Notes: generated by a model from the letters alone, not told the origin. A stretch of 64,000 nt of DNA from Octopus sinensis (GCF_006345805.1 NC_043003.1:77190001-77254000), one strand, 5' to 3'; shown: positions 25,149 through 39,844, counted from the stretch's first letter. Made by a program: numbers and translations.

Positions 25149-25334
25149 TATGCACCGGATACTGTAGGAAGCCTGGCTCCCTTGTGAGTCATGAAATAAG
25201 TGCTTTCACGAGATTAAGAGTGGTGTTTACTCTTATTTCTAGCAACGCTGGTGCTAACTAGTACCTTTAGTCACTTTGGTGACTTCTATAACTATATACA
25301 TAAATGTGTATATCTATATACATAAATGTGTATA

Positions 25335-25908
25335 TCTATATATATAAATGTGTAATGGTGTCTGTCTGTGTATGTTTGGGGTTACTCGTAGCTCCTCCCA
25401 CACCGCCCAACCGATTTTAATGATTTTTGGCACATTTGCCCTGAAGTTCAAATAAGGCCGGAATATTTCGAAAACTCGATAATGCTCAGTGGGCATGGAC
25501 TTTTGTGAGCTCAATCGGGCGTTTGAATGGAAATTCCCATAACGATTATTTTTCCTGCAGCTTTTACAATTTTTGTCCGATTTTGATGAAAATCGATGAG
25601 TGAGTTAGGCTCATGGTAGTGGGTTGATGTCAGTCTATGGCGTTGACAAAAGATCGATAATTGCGCCAGCACAGTGGCTTTATAAAACCAGTAGGCTGTT
25701 TTTTTATCTGATTTTTTTTATCTGATTTTAATGAAATTTAAGATTTAGTTAAATTTTGTGGTAGGAGAGACGGTAAAGGTTTCAATTTAATTTCAGAGCT
25801 GGCATCAACTAATGGACCTGAACTGTAATCACGTGTAAAATTTCAACGGTCAGAGGTGGGCTTAACTGCAACACGAAAAACATGAGCAACGCCGGGTCCA
25901 ATAACTAG
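25335..25908 (+). mobile_element. Non-autonomous Helitron/Helentron-like element
   Basis: 5' A|TCTATA..., a gtctgtctgt block and aaccgattttaatgatttttggcac motif, and a 3' gcaacgccgggt...CTAG|T end. Confidence 0.6.
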
Positions 25909-25928
25909 TATATATATATATAATATAT

Positions 25929-25994
<66 letters not shown>

Positions 25995-26049
25995 CTTGTA
26001 CATGGTGGGTTGTGAATTTATGGAAAGGAATCTCATAAAACTCAACAAG

Positions 26050-26511
26050 AGGCGCAGGAGTGGCTGTGTGGTAAGTAGCTTGCTTACCAACCACATGATT
26101 CTGGGTTCAGTCCCACAGCGTGGCACCTTGGGCAAGTGTCTTCTACTATAGCCTCGGGCCGACCAAAGCCTTGTGAGTGGATTTGGTAGACAGAAACTGA
26201 AAGAAGCCCGTCGTATATATATGTATATGTATGTGTGTGTGTGTGTGTGTGTTGTGTGTGTGTGTGTGTGGTCTGTGTCTGTGTATGTGTCTGTGTATGT
26301 GTCTGTGTCTGTGTTTGTTCCCCCAACATCGCTTGACAACCGATGCTGGTGTGTTTACGTCTCCGTAAACAAGCGGTTCGGCAAAAGAGCTCGATAGAAT
26401 AAGTACTAGGCTTACAAAGAATAAGTCGTGGGGTCGATTTGCTCGACTAAAGGCGGTGCTTCAGCATGGCCGCAGTCAAATGACTGAAACAAGTAGAAGA
26501 GTAGAAGAGTA
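26050..26511 (+). mobile_element. tRNA-derived SINE, family C (gtggctgtgtggtaag...gggttcagtccca...aaggcggtgctccagcatggcc)
   Basis: Full-length-like copy with internal (GT)n; related copies at 31970, 50830, 52395 and 55378. Confidence 0.85.
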
Positions 26512-27339
26512 AGACTCAAGATTTTTATATGACATTATATTTAAATTATTTTGTATATTTTGTATACTTATGTGCACCCCCATAATCGTAATTTTTCGTA
26601 TATTCATTATACAAAATACTCTTCTATTACCGGAATATTAATTAATTACTAACCTAATACCACAGTATGTATCCCTCTCACATTATGACAAGCCAGTTCC
26701 TTAACTCATAATTTTATTTATACTTAAACATAGTTACTCTATTACCTTACATATCAATACATATAATTTAACCCTCCATTTTTCTATTATTCTATTTTTC
26801 ATTCCCTATTCTATTTTTCATTCCCTGCTTACTGATCTCCCCTACATTGTTATTTTATAGTAACCCTACTTCCAATAATAATAAACCTCTGAGCGCTTTT
26901 TTTCATCTCTATAGCCACAGCAAGTAATTACTAACTAAATTGTTATATTAATAACTACTTTTCCTGTTATTACTTATTTTTCAACCTTATATTTAATGCA
27001 TACAAACGAATATTAGTTCTTATGCAAACACAAGTCCATTTTACGCAGCCTATTCTCTCTTTAACTCTTTCTACCTCTATAATACTTGTTTCCGTTAACA
27101 ATACAGCAGCCCTTTATACACTATCTCCTCTTGATTAACTCCATTCTCATGTATGATTTTTTTTTAAATATACACTACACTTAGAATTGTTTCTAACTGT
27201 AAGGTCATATCAAATGTAGTCGTGCCTTTCCATTGGACATTTCTATACAACCTTTACACTACGTGACTTATTTGGAGTATCAATTACTAATCTCCTTACT
27301 CATCTATACTAACATGACAGTAACCCTTTCTACTATAGG

Positions 27340-27755
27340 CAGAGAAATCTGTACTAAGGTGTTAGTCGATTATATCAACACCAATACTTGACTGGTTCTT
27401 GTTTTAGCGACTCCGAAAGGATGGAAAGCAAAGTCAACTGCGGTGGTATTTCAACTCAGAACGTAAAGAATCGGAAGAAATGCTGCTATGAATTTTGTCC
27501 TACGCGCTAATCATTCTGCCAGCTCATCGCCTTAAAGAACTTTCTATTATAGGCACAAGGCTTGAAATCTTAGCAGAGGAGGGTTAGTCGATTTCATCGA
27601 CTCCAGTGCTCAGCTGGCGCTTATTTTATTGACCCTGACGCGATGAAAGGCAAAGTCAAGCTCGGCGATATTTGAACTCAGAACGTAAAGATCCGGAAGA
27701 AATACTGCTAAGCATTTTGCCCGACTCACTAACGATTCTGCCAGCTCACCGCCTT
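27340..27755 (-). mobile_element. Two degenerate family-B SINE copies
   Basis: ggcaaagtcaa...tttgaactcagaacgtaaag motif occurs twice. Confidence 0.7.
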
Positions 27756-28849
27756 AGAGAACTTGATAATAAAACCGACAAAAATCTTTGTTTCATTCCT
27801 GATTTTTTCCTGATAGTTGAAATGGTGTTTTTGTATTTTTCATTTGTCAAGTGACTTCGGTTTCTTCGCTCTGGGTTCATGGCAGCATAACTGTTCTTCT
27901 AACTTCTCTTCTAAAGGCAAATATTAAAAGAGAGAGAGAGAGAGAAACGTTTGTCCGCTCTGTCCCACTTAGACAGATAGATAAACAGACAAGAGTGCAG
28001 TATGTTAAAATGAAATTAAACGGCTGCTACCCAATAACATTACAGGGTCCTTGATCTTACTAATTTTTTTCTCCTTCTTATGATAAGACTGTCTACTATA
28101 AACACAAGGTCACACAGTAGTTAATATATCGATCATTGTGGAATGAAATGGAAAGTGAACTCTGACGATATTTCATCTGAGAAACGTAAAAAAAAATGTT
28201 GTTAGATACACGAAGACATTCTGTCCGACGTTTCACAGATTCTAACTCACATCGCCTCCACACTTGCGTCGATAATAACAATATGGCGATTGTTTAGATT
28301 AGTATCAGTTTATGGCATTGACGGAGGAGAAACAACAACGCCCCTGTGAAATTTTCCAGTGAGATTGAGTGGGAGAGGGGGGAGGGAGACGGAGAGAGAA
28401 AAAGAAAGACTGAATAAATGAAAGAAAACCAAAAGATAGGAAAGAGGGAAAACAAGAAAGAAAGAAAGAAAGAAAGAAAGACTGAGGAAATGAAAGAAGG
28501 CTACCATAGCGTTTATTGCTGTTCATATGAGAACATAAAAGTTTTAGAAGACACGTGTGGCCTGAAATATAATGAATCTAGAATGTTCACTGCTGGTTGT
28601 CATCTGAAAGGTTTCACTTCTAAAGTTCTCCCAGCATTGTTTATTGATTAAATCTAGTCACATCGAAATTTCCGGTCGTAGTGACGCCATCTTTCTTTCA
28701 CTGCAATTGCCTTCATTTTGCGATTTCAGAAAAATATTATTTTTTTGTTTTTGTTTTTCTTTGTTACTGAATTGCAATGAAGAAGCGACTTTTAAAAAAT
28801 TATTTCTTTATTTTCACTTAACATTGAATTAAAGCAATGCAAGTCTATA

Positions 28850-29716
<867 letters not shown>

Positions 29717-31349
29717 GTGTTCCACGTTAAAATACATTAACGGAAATAACATCTGATATCTGAAGCAATAAATATGGTGACGTGAAGCGAAGTAATCACG
29801 TAAAGTAAATACTTCTCATTGTGCAATTCTTTCTCGCGAATAGCTTTCCTATTACTTCGACTCTGAATGTTGATTTTATGGCTTAGACAGCATTGCTTAA
29901 AGCTGCCTTCATTCATACCACTGTTAAATATTTCTACCTGATTGTGCCCTCTTTAGGATTTCATACTGGCATTTAGCATTTAACGTTAAGGAAAGATAAA
30001 TGTTCTTGCTCTTGTAGTCTTTTAGATGTACGTTTTATAAATTAACATTTAGTTACTATTTTAGTTAACTTTTACATTCTTGCTGTTAAGCAACTGACCA
30101 TGCATATACCTCGTTGGCAAGAATTTGGTGAAAGGCACGTTTGATCAGTCCTTGAATCACATGTATAGCTTCACAGTGAAAATTACCTTTTAACTAGTTT
30201 AATATGTCCCAAAAGTGATTAAAAGGCTTGTTCATTTCATAATACTGATTTGCATTCCGTACGATTTGCTTCGGTTTGGAGGCTTCTGCATGGTATTGCT
30301 TCTACTGATTTTTTTGAAAGGAAACGAAATCTTCCAGTCATTTCAGAGTTGTCCTGCTTGGTATCTACTGCTGGCGAGTGCATAAAGAGCTTGAAATGCA
30401 GATATTAGTCTATAAAGGGCGTTCCGAAAATAGCTTTGGTATTTTCCCCCTTTTGCCTAATGAAAACTTTTCTCCATAGTAAACCGCGGTGAACATTGTC
30501 TTTTTACAGATCAAATACGTTCCACGCATATTTCAACTAATCGAAAAGTTGTGTATGTGTGTGTATTTTGTGTGTGGGTTTGTGTGTGTGAACCCTTGCT
30601 TTTGTGTGTGTGTGCCTCTGCTCCTGTGTGTATATATTCATGTATGTATGTATGTATGTATGTATGTATGTATGTACGTGTGTGTGTTTGCGCGCGTGTG
30701 TGAAACTCTGCTTGTACGTATGCGTGTGTACTTCTACTTTTGTGTATATGTGTACCTCTGCTTGTGTGTGTATGTGTGTGTGTTGAGTTTGTGTATACAG
30801 ACCTATAAAGAAATACTCGTTATGGTTCATAGAGTTTATTCGTTCGAAAATGATGGTTCCCAGTCCGTTTGGTACTTATATATCATTTAAAGACATTTCA
30901 TTTAGATTCAATTAAATATATGATTGTCATCAAATTTACAATGAAAATTTCTCAATTTCCGGACATTCGATATTAATTAATTCTAAAGTATTTCAAACAA
31001 CCAATGTGATTAAAATGATACTGCGAAACAACGATTATAACATATAATAATTCATTGTAGTGATAGACATAACAATATTAATAATGTTCAAATTTAACTT
31101 CAGAATTTATTTTAATGACCCAATAAAAATGAAAGAATTACAAGCTCGATGAAATTATACGCATACAACGGACAGTAACTTTACTGAATATTGCAAGGCA
31201 TTTAGTGTAGAGTTCTATCGTTCATACCCATCTACTCTCATTATATGTCCAATGAATGGCATTTCACAAAAAATACTCCAGAATTGTGATAGGGTAAATT
31301 TTGTTATTTCTAAAAGAAAACCCTACTGGAACAGATATAAACGATAAAC

Positions 31350-31915
31350 GTCGTCCTTTTAAAGTCTAGACCGGCTCATGGGCCCCGTTTCCCGATTTCT
31401 GTGGCGTATATGTTTCCCTCCCCCCACCAGCTAGACGTGACACCAGTCCATCGCAGCGTTACTCAAGAAACAGGAAGATAGAGCGAGAGAAAGTTGTGGC
31501 GAAAGAGTACAGCAGGGGTCACCACCCCACCCCCTGCGGGAGCCTCGTGGAGCTTTTAGGTGTTTTCGCTCAATAAACACACACAACGCCCGGTCTGGGA
31601 ATCGAAACCGTGATCCTCCGACCGCGAGTCCGCTGCCCTAACAACTGGGCCATTGCGCCTCCACAAATGTGCCCTTTTAAAGCCTAGCCAGGCTCATGGG
31701 CCTGGTTTCCCGGTTTCTATGGTGTATGTGTTCCCCAGCTGGACGGGACGCCAGTCCATCGCAGCGTTACTCATTTTTGCTAGCTGAGTGGACTGGAGCA
31801 ACGTTAAATGAAATGTTTTGCTCAAGATCACAACGTGTCGTCTGGTCCAGGAATCGAAACCACAATCTTACGATCATTGTGCTAACACCCTAACTACTAA
31901 GTCACGCGCCTCCAC
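31350..31915 (-). mobile_element. Two adjacent tRNA-derived SINEs with different heads and a shared 3' module
   Basis: ggctcatgggc...tttcccg...ccagtccatcgcagcgttactca occurs at about 31375-31465 and 31690-31770; both are followed by tRNA-like heads ending gcgcctccac. Confidence 0.75.
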
Positions 31916-31969
31916 AATGGAACAGATATACAAGTATAAAATTAAATTCGTCATATATTCAATGAGTTG

Positions 31970-32385
31970 TTAGGCGTGACTGTGTGGTTAAGAACCTTGC
32001 TTTCCAACTATGTAGCCATGGGTTCAGTACCACTGTGCAGCATCTTGGGTAAGTGTCTTCTAGTATAGCGGTGGGCCAATTAAAGCCTTGTGAATGGATT
32101 TGATAGACAGAAATTGAAAGCAGCCCGTCGAGTATGTGAATATGTAAATATCTAAGCGTGTGTGTCTTTGCGTTTGTGATTGTCGCCACCCACCACGGCT
32201 CAGCATAAGAAGCTGTTTAATATATGTCGCCATGACTTAGTATTTCGGCAAAAAGACACCGATATAGTAAGTACTGGGCTTTAAAAATAAGTATTGGGGA
32301 CGATTTGCTCGACTAAACCCTTCAAGACGGTTCCGCAGCATGGCCGCAGTCCAAGAAATTAAACAAGTAAAAGACAAAAGATAAA
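31970..32385 (+). mobile_element. Family-C SINE (diverged)
   Basis: gtgactgtgtggttaag...gggttcagtaccactg...gcagcatggccgcagt. Confidence 0.75.
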
Positions 32386-33468
32386 AACGGGAAATTCGAA
32401 CTGAAACTACGTAAGGAATTTCAACCGTGTTTCGTGGTCTCCTACCACAACAGCTCCTTTATAGGATCCAGTTAGCTCAAGACACCATCAGGAGGAACCG
32501 CGTCCAGTTTCGGCCCCTACTCATCTACCATTTTGACGTGGCGGCCCCCCTCTATCGGAGGTATCTTCAGCTCTGGTGTTGAGTGCAAGTCTTCTTTCTT
32601 CTTTCATCTGTTCCCTGGCCTCTTCGATGTAGCGTCAACGAGTGTCAGCGGGCGACTGACTGTCTTGTCAAATTTCCCTTTAAATACCTGCTGCTAGACT
32701 CCAACGGGCAGCCCCAGCAAGTTGTCAGGTGACACTGTCTCAACTTTAACTGACCAATGAAGGTGCGTAGTCTCAGCCCATGCATTCTCTCAGCGATACC
32801 GTCATCTGTCAATCAGCTAAGCTAATTCAGTGTCAGCTTGTCTCACCTAGTGATGTTATACAGAAGTGAATAAAAATTGTACAGAAAAAAAAACACGATT
32901 CATCCAAATACTCAAAACAACTTTAAACAAGGAAAAAAAAGCAATAAGAATTAAAAGTGCAATGGAATACCTGATGAGCCTGTGCCAAAGCTTTAATAAA
33001 GAAATCTTCCAAACAAAATGAGAGAGTATATCTAAAATATTATTCCATTTCCAATGGTAACAGCTACTTGATTTCAAATCTTTCGGTGTGGCCTACATTT
33101 ATGACCAAGTTCCGTTTGTTTCAAATTATAATATTAAATCGAAACAAATTTATCCTAAATTTTTAATCACTTGCATCCATGAATTCCAATTATCGTTTTT
33201 AATTTTGAGGAAAACATTAAAATCAATATTTTTAATAGAATAATGTAAATGCAGATATAAAAATCAATATTTTTAATTGAATAATGTATATGCAGTTATA
33301 AAAATAGATTGAAAACTAAAATCCCCACTTTTGTTATTAAATCTGTTTGTTAAGGCAATAGATTTTGAAAGTTTCTTAATTAAATTTACAATTGACGATC
33401 CCGAGCGTAGTGAGTAGGTGCAGCTAGCATAAAGATATACAGAGAAAGAGAGAGAGAGGGAGGAATAC

Positions 33469-33539
<71 letters not shown>

Positions 33540-33892
33540 TGTGTCTGTGTCTGTGTGTGTGTATGTGTGTATGTGTGTGTGTTTATTCTGTCATTACAAT
33601 GTTGCATATCCCGCAGCGATGTAAAAATATACACACAACCATGCGCCTATATATTCTCCTGTTTTGTTTATTCATATTTCGTAACAATAAAATTTATTAT
33701 TAGATATCAAAGTCTTTCGTCATACATGCACGGCCGATCCACTGATACTTCCCTCCATATCTGTTTCCTACGACCATTGTCTCTATATCTCTATCTCTCA
33801 GTCCCTCTCCCCACTCTCTCTCAAAACACACACACACATATATAGCCATATCTCTTTCCTGCCATCACTCTCCCTTTCTGTATAAATATATA

Positions 33893-33953
<61 letters not shown>

Positions 33954-36504
33954 GCCTATATATATACACATATATATACACGTATGTGTGTATATGCAAC
34001 TGGAAGTGGATGTAAAATAAACTATTTTCTTTGATCTAACAATATTGCATCGAGTGTAAAATATTTGGCAAATTAAAAATATTTGACGAACTTATAATTA
34101 TTAACACACAAATAGATTTTTGGCACCACAGCATCAATTGGCAGCCATGATTTTGAAAACTTGTTTTATTTACTTTCACTTTCGTTTCGGAGGCACTCTG
34201 TTTTAATTAATTTATTAATTAATTAATTTAGTTATTTTGTTTTATAACATTTGCTTTGTTAGTTCTCCACCACCACCACCACCAGCAGCCTTTGTTTTCG
34301 GTTTTAGTTTCATGTTTTATGTTTTATTCAGCTGATGTTCTTCCGTAGAGAACACCTCAAAATTATATAATATGATAGTTCTTGATTTGATGTAATTTGG
34401 AGTCTCAAGGGTTGTCTTTGAAACGAAGCAAAATTGAAATAACAACATACAAATAAATACAAGATATCTTTACACAATTAAGGTATGCGAAAATTTGATT
34501 TAAAGTTGTCTTTGTTAAATATTGACTACGACGGCGACGATTGTGGCGAGTGTGATAAGGATGTTGGTGAAGGTGGTATTGGTGACTGTTGTAGTAGTTA
34601 TAATATTGATCATGATCTTGGTAATGATGATGGGGGGTTGGTGGTAGTGGTGGTGGTGGTGGTGGTAATGTTGATCATGATAATGTTCTTAGTTGTAATG
34701 ATGGTATTAATAGTGGGTGTTGTTGGTGATGGTTGCGATAAAAGTAATGTTGATGGTTGCGTTAGAGATTGTAATTGTTTCGCAAAAAAGATAAAAATAA
34801 CTCTGCATTTACATGTTTTTCAAACAATGAAAAGTCAGACTAAATATTTTATGACATATAGTTCTGCTCTTGTATAAACTGAGTTCAAACCCCACAAATT
34901 AACCGTTATCAGTCCAAGGCCGATAAAATAACTAGCAGACCCATCATCACCATACACACCACCTTTGGTTTAGCGAACAATGGTGGCAATGACACGTTGT
35001 TAGTGTTGTTGTTTAGCTTCAGGTCAACAATGATCGAACTGATATGTGACCAAATGGTTTCCAACCTGACTTTTCCTCCAGTCATGGTGTATTTAAGATT
35101 ACATTCGCTATCGTGCCGTTTGCATAGCGCTACATTTTCATGTGTTCCTCCTGCTTAAAGAGGATAGGTTGCGATGCGTTGGAATTTTAGTTCTGTTTCT
35201 AGCTATCTAGAAGCTATCCTGTATAAATTATTTCTATCACTCGCGTTGTTGTTTAGTTCCGGGTTATCTATAACAGAGTGGAACTATGGTCCATCCATGG
35301 CGTTCTCATCTTTTATTTTCAGACAGTGTAATATAGACTACATTATTTAAGGTGTGCTTTCTTTTTTAAAATGGCAAGGTGTTACTTTTCAGGGGAATTG
35401 TCTATTTTTACCCGGTGGATCAACGATGCGTTCACTCGTATAGGGATGATTACAGTGATAGTGGTGGTGCTGTTGCTACTGATGGAACATTATGTTCATG
35501 GATTAATCATCATTGCGTTCATGGATCAATCATGAATCAATCATTATGTCCATAGATCAATCACGGATGCGCAGTTTCTGCCTTGGGGAAGATTTTGAAG
35601 CAGTTTTATCAGTTACCAACTATTTTAAAGTTGTGTTGGTATGTGGGGCTATAAATCATGTTTTATGACATGAATATTCTCCACGGAGTGCATACTGTCT
35701 GCAGAACACGGGTAACAGCACGAAACCAGGCTAATAGTGGAAGGGAGAAAGAAAAGGTAGTGAATCAATGAAAAGCGCTTGTAGAGAATCGATAAAAGAG
35801 TTGCCCAAAGAGACCGTGCTTGGGACACTTAATTTGACGGCTCCCGTTGGAGCTGACATTTCCTACACCGTTGGAGAGAAATTAAATTCAGAAACACCCT
35901 TTATTTTTTTTACTCAATACAGACGGTAGGATGTTATTTCACTGGGTTTTAGCTGATATTTCTAGCGAACTAAGCTTCCAGTTAGATGTTTCTTTGTTGG
36001 CTTGTGTTGTGTACTCTTTAACAGATCCGTGTGTATGTATGTTATTAATTATTTCAAAGATAAATACGTGTTTACTCTTGTGTATATATTAATTAGATTA
36101 CGTTTAATGTGTATAATGTCTTTGTGATATAGAAGTCCAGTTACAGAGAATATTAAATGGGTTATTCTAAGTAAATATTTGATGACAGCTATATTATATC
36201 CGAATATTCGATCTATGCTTGTACATACTGCTACAATGGTTTTGTTCTACGTCGATATGATATATTTATTACCTTTGATATTTAAAAATATTTTATTACG
36301 TGCACCAATCTATTTTATAAGAAAACCAGAATTGAGTTACTATAAACACATCAACGCTGCTTTGCTTACAAATACTTCTTTTAATTTATGAAACCATCAT
36401 TAATATATTTTATTACTTCATACGTATACCATCAACATATTTACATTATGTCTTTCGTGGTTTATATTAACGAGAATCCCGCTTTCCAGTTTACTTACAT
36501 TAAT

Positions 36505-36740
36505 CAGTTTAAGGGCGGCGACCTAACGGAATCGTTATTACAGCAAAAATGCGGGCAAAAATGCATAGCAGCATTTCGTTTGTCCCTGCGTACTGAGTTC
36601 AATTTCCTCCGAAGCCGACTTTGCCTATCATTCTTTTTGGAGTCGGTTAAGTAAGTACCATTTAAACACTGGGATCGATGTAATCGGCTTAAACCCTCCC
36701 CCGAAATTGCTGGCCTTGTGCCAAAATTCGACACCCAATA
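36505..36740 (+). mobile_element. Family-B SINE
   Basis: ggcggcgacctaacggaatcgtt...ctgagttcaatttcctccgaagccgactttgcc. Confidence 0.7.
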
Positions 36741-37047
36741 TTAATCGGTATGAATGCTCTCTCTCTCTGATACACTCCAGTGTCAGACATCATCTACAGA
36801 CGTACTGTTTTCTTACACATTCCTTCCGATGATACAGTGGCCTCATCTCGTCAACTTCCTCTTCAAATTTCAGACTAATTCCCTTTTTTCCAATCCTTTT
36901 TAGCTTTGTAGTATTCATTCATTACTCATATTTTTCCTGTAGTTTTCACGTTACAACTGTTCCTGTTCAAAAGGAACCTTAACTGCGTTGATTTACCAGA
37001 TCTTGGACGTCTAACGAAGGGGATGGACGTAACTCCTATCTCTAGAA

Positions 37048-37545
37048 CAGTGTTTCTTAACCAGGGTCCATATGAACACTGGAAGTTCATACAATATTTT
37101 ATGGGTTCCACACTAGCAAAATAGTGGGATTCGATGTAATCGACTTAACCCCTTCCCCGAAATTGCTGGCTTTGTGCAAAATTTGAAACCAACGTTAATC
37201 GGTATGTATTCTCTTTCTAATACACTCCAGTATCAGACACCACCCACAGACGTATTGTTTTCTCACTCGTTCCTACTGATGATGCTACCACAGTAGTATT
37301 TTAAGGGCTCATGAAAACTTTTGCTTTAAATGTATGTATTACTAGAGACATCTAGATTTCTTTCTCTGTCATATTACATAGTTCAACCAATACAAGAGAA
37401 TGAGTGGATGACAAAATAGGTATTTTGAAAGAAGTATCTATAAAATTGGTTTTCAAACATCGAATGACTATGATGGCCTACCAGAATAAAATAGTAAACA
37501 AAAGGGTCCATTGGTAAAAAAAAAAAAAAGGCGGGTGGAATCATT
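37048..37545 (+). mobile_element. hAT/Charlie-like MITE with an internal insertion
   Basis: Starts CAGTGTTTCTTAACC after ctctagaa (NTCTAGAN-type target); degenerate gggtccat...aaaaagg right end like the 17299 element. Confidence 0.45.
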
Positions 37546-38371
37546 AAACACATAAGGTAGCAAATGCGTGACTAAATGAAGACTCCGTGGTTGCATTGCC
37601 GAGTATCTAAATAGGATGTTTATAATATATACATGTAATATTATTTTGATGACAATTCAGTGTTGCTGGTCATGTGATAGCGGTGTAACGATATACACAC
37701 TTCTACGGTCGTGTTCAGTGGCACATCAATGAATAACTGTTGAACATCAAAGGAAACTATGATGCCTTTGTGTGTAAATGTTCTAAGAATATTAATAAAT
37801 TCCTATGTCAAATTTATCATAAAACTCTTCGCTATGTATAGTTTTATTATCAAGTCTAACTGCCTTGCTGTGTTGTACGTAACTGTATTTATTTTTCAAA
37901 TGATCGGCCTAATGGGATAACCTTGCTTCTGCGTTTTTATGGTGCCATATATTTCTGTCGGTGTGTATCCAACTTCAATAATTTAGTGCATCAGTACACT
38001 TATTATATCAAATTTCGTTGTTTGTTTTGTTTTTTCGTGAGATCATAGGTTGTGTTTTTGAAAGGAAGAAATATAAATGTATAATTTGTTTATGCAGCTT
38101 TGTGAAGTATAATGAACATATTTTACGTATGTCCCTTATAATTGGCGATATTGTGGTTAGTGATAAGAGGTCATAGAAAACTGTCCAGAATTATTTCGTT
38201 AAAATAGAACTACTAATGGAATGACTTTTTTTCTTTCTATTTTGTTTTAAGGTCCTTACACGTAAGAGTTCTTTTTAAGTTATTCTCTATATTTATATTG
38301 GTTTCGTATGCTTCGTTTTGGAATATTTCTAAACTCGGTTATGACTGTTGATGTTTGTATCAATCGGTTGT

Positions 38372-38485
38372 AGATGATGACGATGATGATGATGATGATA
38401 ACGACGACACCGATGATGACGATAACGATGATGATGATGATGATGATGATAATGAGGTTATCGATGACAACGATTTCGATGATGA
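38372..38485. repeat. (GAT)n/(GAC)n microsatellite
   Basis: Direct reading. Confidence 0.85.
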
Positions 38486-38631
38486 CAGAGATGTTGTTGT
38501 TTTACGAGCTACAGCTGTTCCGTCATAAACTTGTTGAGAACGCTATTAGATCGTAAAAGCCGGACAGGGAAGCAAGTCGATAGTTTTATCTCTGTAGTGA
38601 TTTATCATGGCAGCCTTCGGACTGCAAGCCT

Positions 38632-38688
<57 letters not shown>

Positions 38689-39193
38689 TGCGTGTTTGTG
38701 CGTGTTTGTGTGTGTGTGTGTGCGTCTGTGTGTCTGTGTCTGTGTATTTATGTATATGTATTTGTCCGTGTGTGTGAGTACGCGTGTGTGCGAGCATATA
38801 TGTGCACTAAGGAATTATATATGTGTATCTTAGTGTGTGAGGGTATCTGGTTATGTGTACATATATGACGGTGCACATGTGCATATTTATTTGTGCATAT
38901 CTGCATATGGATGTTCGCGTGCATATGTATGAATATGGGCGAAAATGTCTATGTGCACGTGCATGTGTGTATGTAATAATATATCTCTAGTCTTTTAGTT
39001 CTCGAGGAATATTTCCGGTTGTTAACCAAATAGCATGCATGCATGTTTCTATGTATGTATATTTTTATGTACGTATGTAAGTATGCATGTATGTATGTGT
39101 ATATGTATATATGGTGTGTATATATATATGGGGGGGGGTACGTCTGTGGAGATTATGTGAATGCATGTGTCTTGTGCATGTGTTTATGTATAG

Positions 39194-39267
<74 letters not shown>

Positions 39268-39288
39268 TAATACTAATAATAATAATAA

Positions 39289-39844
39289 ATGCCCTGATGC
39301 AGTACCAGGCAGTGGCTCTCATGGCTTCTGATCTTAACTGATTGGAAGTGTTACCATATACATTGTTTTGTCTTGGTATAAAAGATGGGCTACAGCAAAT
39401 ATTCTGCTCAATACCACAGATTTGCTTGTCAGTTGTTTGACCTTAACCAGTTGAGCATGTCCCTTAGTGGCTGACGATATGTGCATCTCTGATCACGAGC
39501 AGAAGTAGTGGGGGAGCATCATAGCCATGTGTTGAGAGGGATTCTTTGGGGTTTGAATAATTCACCTCTGGAAACATGGGTGGTTTTTTCAACATCCTTA
39601 AACAACCCTTATTCATGGACCTTTTGAGCGGGATGGGCTACTCAACCTGAAGAAAATTCTAACTGGGCCCCACCTGCAAGGTCATGTGCTGTTTATCTTG
39701 ATATGAGATCACCATGTCGCGCACATATGGTTGTGATGCATGTGCCTGGTGTACCCTTATCAGACGGGTAGTCATGATAGGTATATTGGGCTTCGTATAT
39801 TTTACCCCAGTGTCACTTTGATGGCATGCACTGCTCTCTCACTC
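39289..39844 (+). mobile_element. Unclassified 556-bp interspersed repeat (probable retroelement 3' end) embedded in (AAT)n
   Basis: Higher-GC non-coding block flanked by (AAT)n at about 39197-39288 and 39845-39905. Confidence 0.5.

Larger units (their letters stand above)
24697..25285 (+). mobile_element. Tandem dimer (about 341-bp period) with one type I hammerhead per unit; non-LTR retrozyme-like
   Basis: atttctacg...tatagactg starts at 24697 and 25038; hammerheads at 24763-24810 and 25103-25148. Confidence 0.8.

Noticed and set aside
26520-27340. C/T-skewed block possibly a decayed plus-strand Penelope 3' region
   Set aside because: Only a faint CKH-like motif; too degenerate to call.
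32490-32575. CTGAAGA...GAAAC on the minus strand as a hammerhead
   Set aside because: No stem II closing pairs or stem I pairing could be found.
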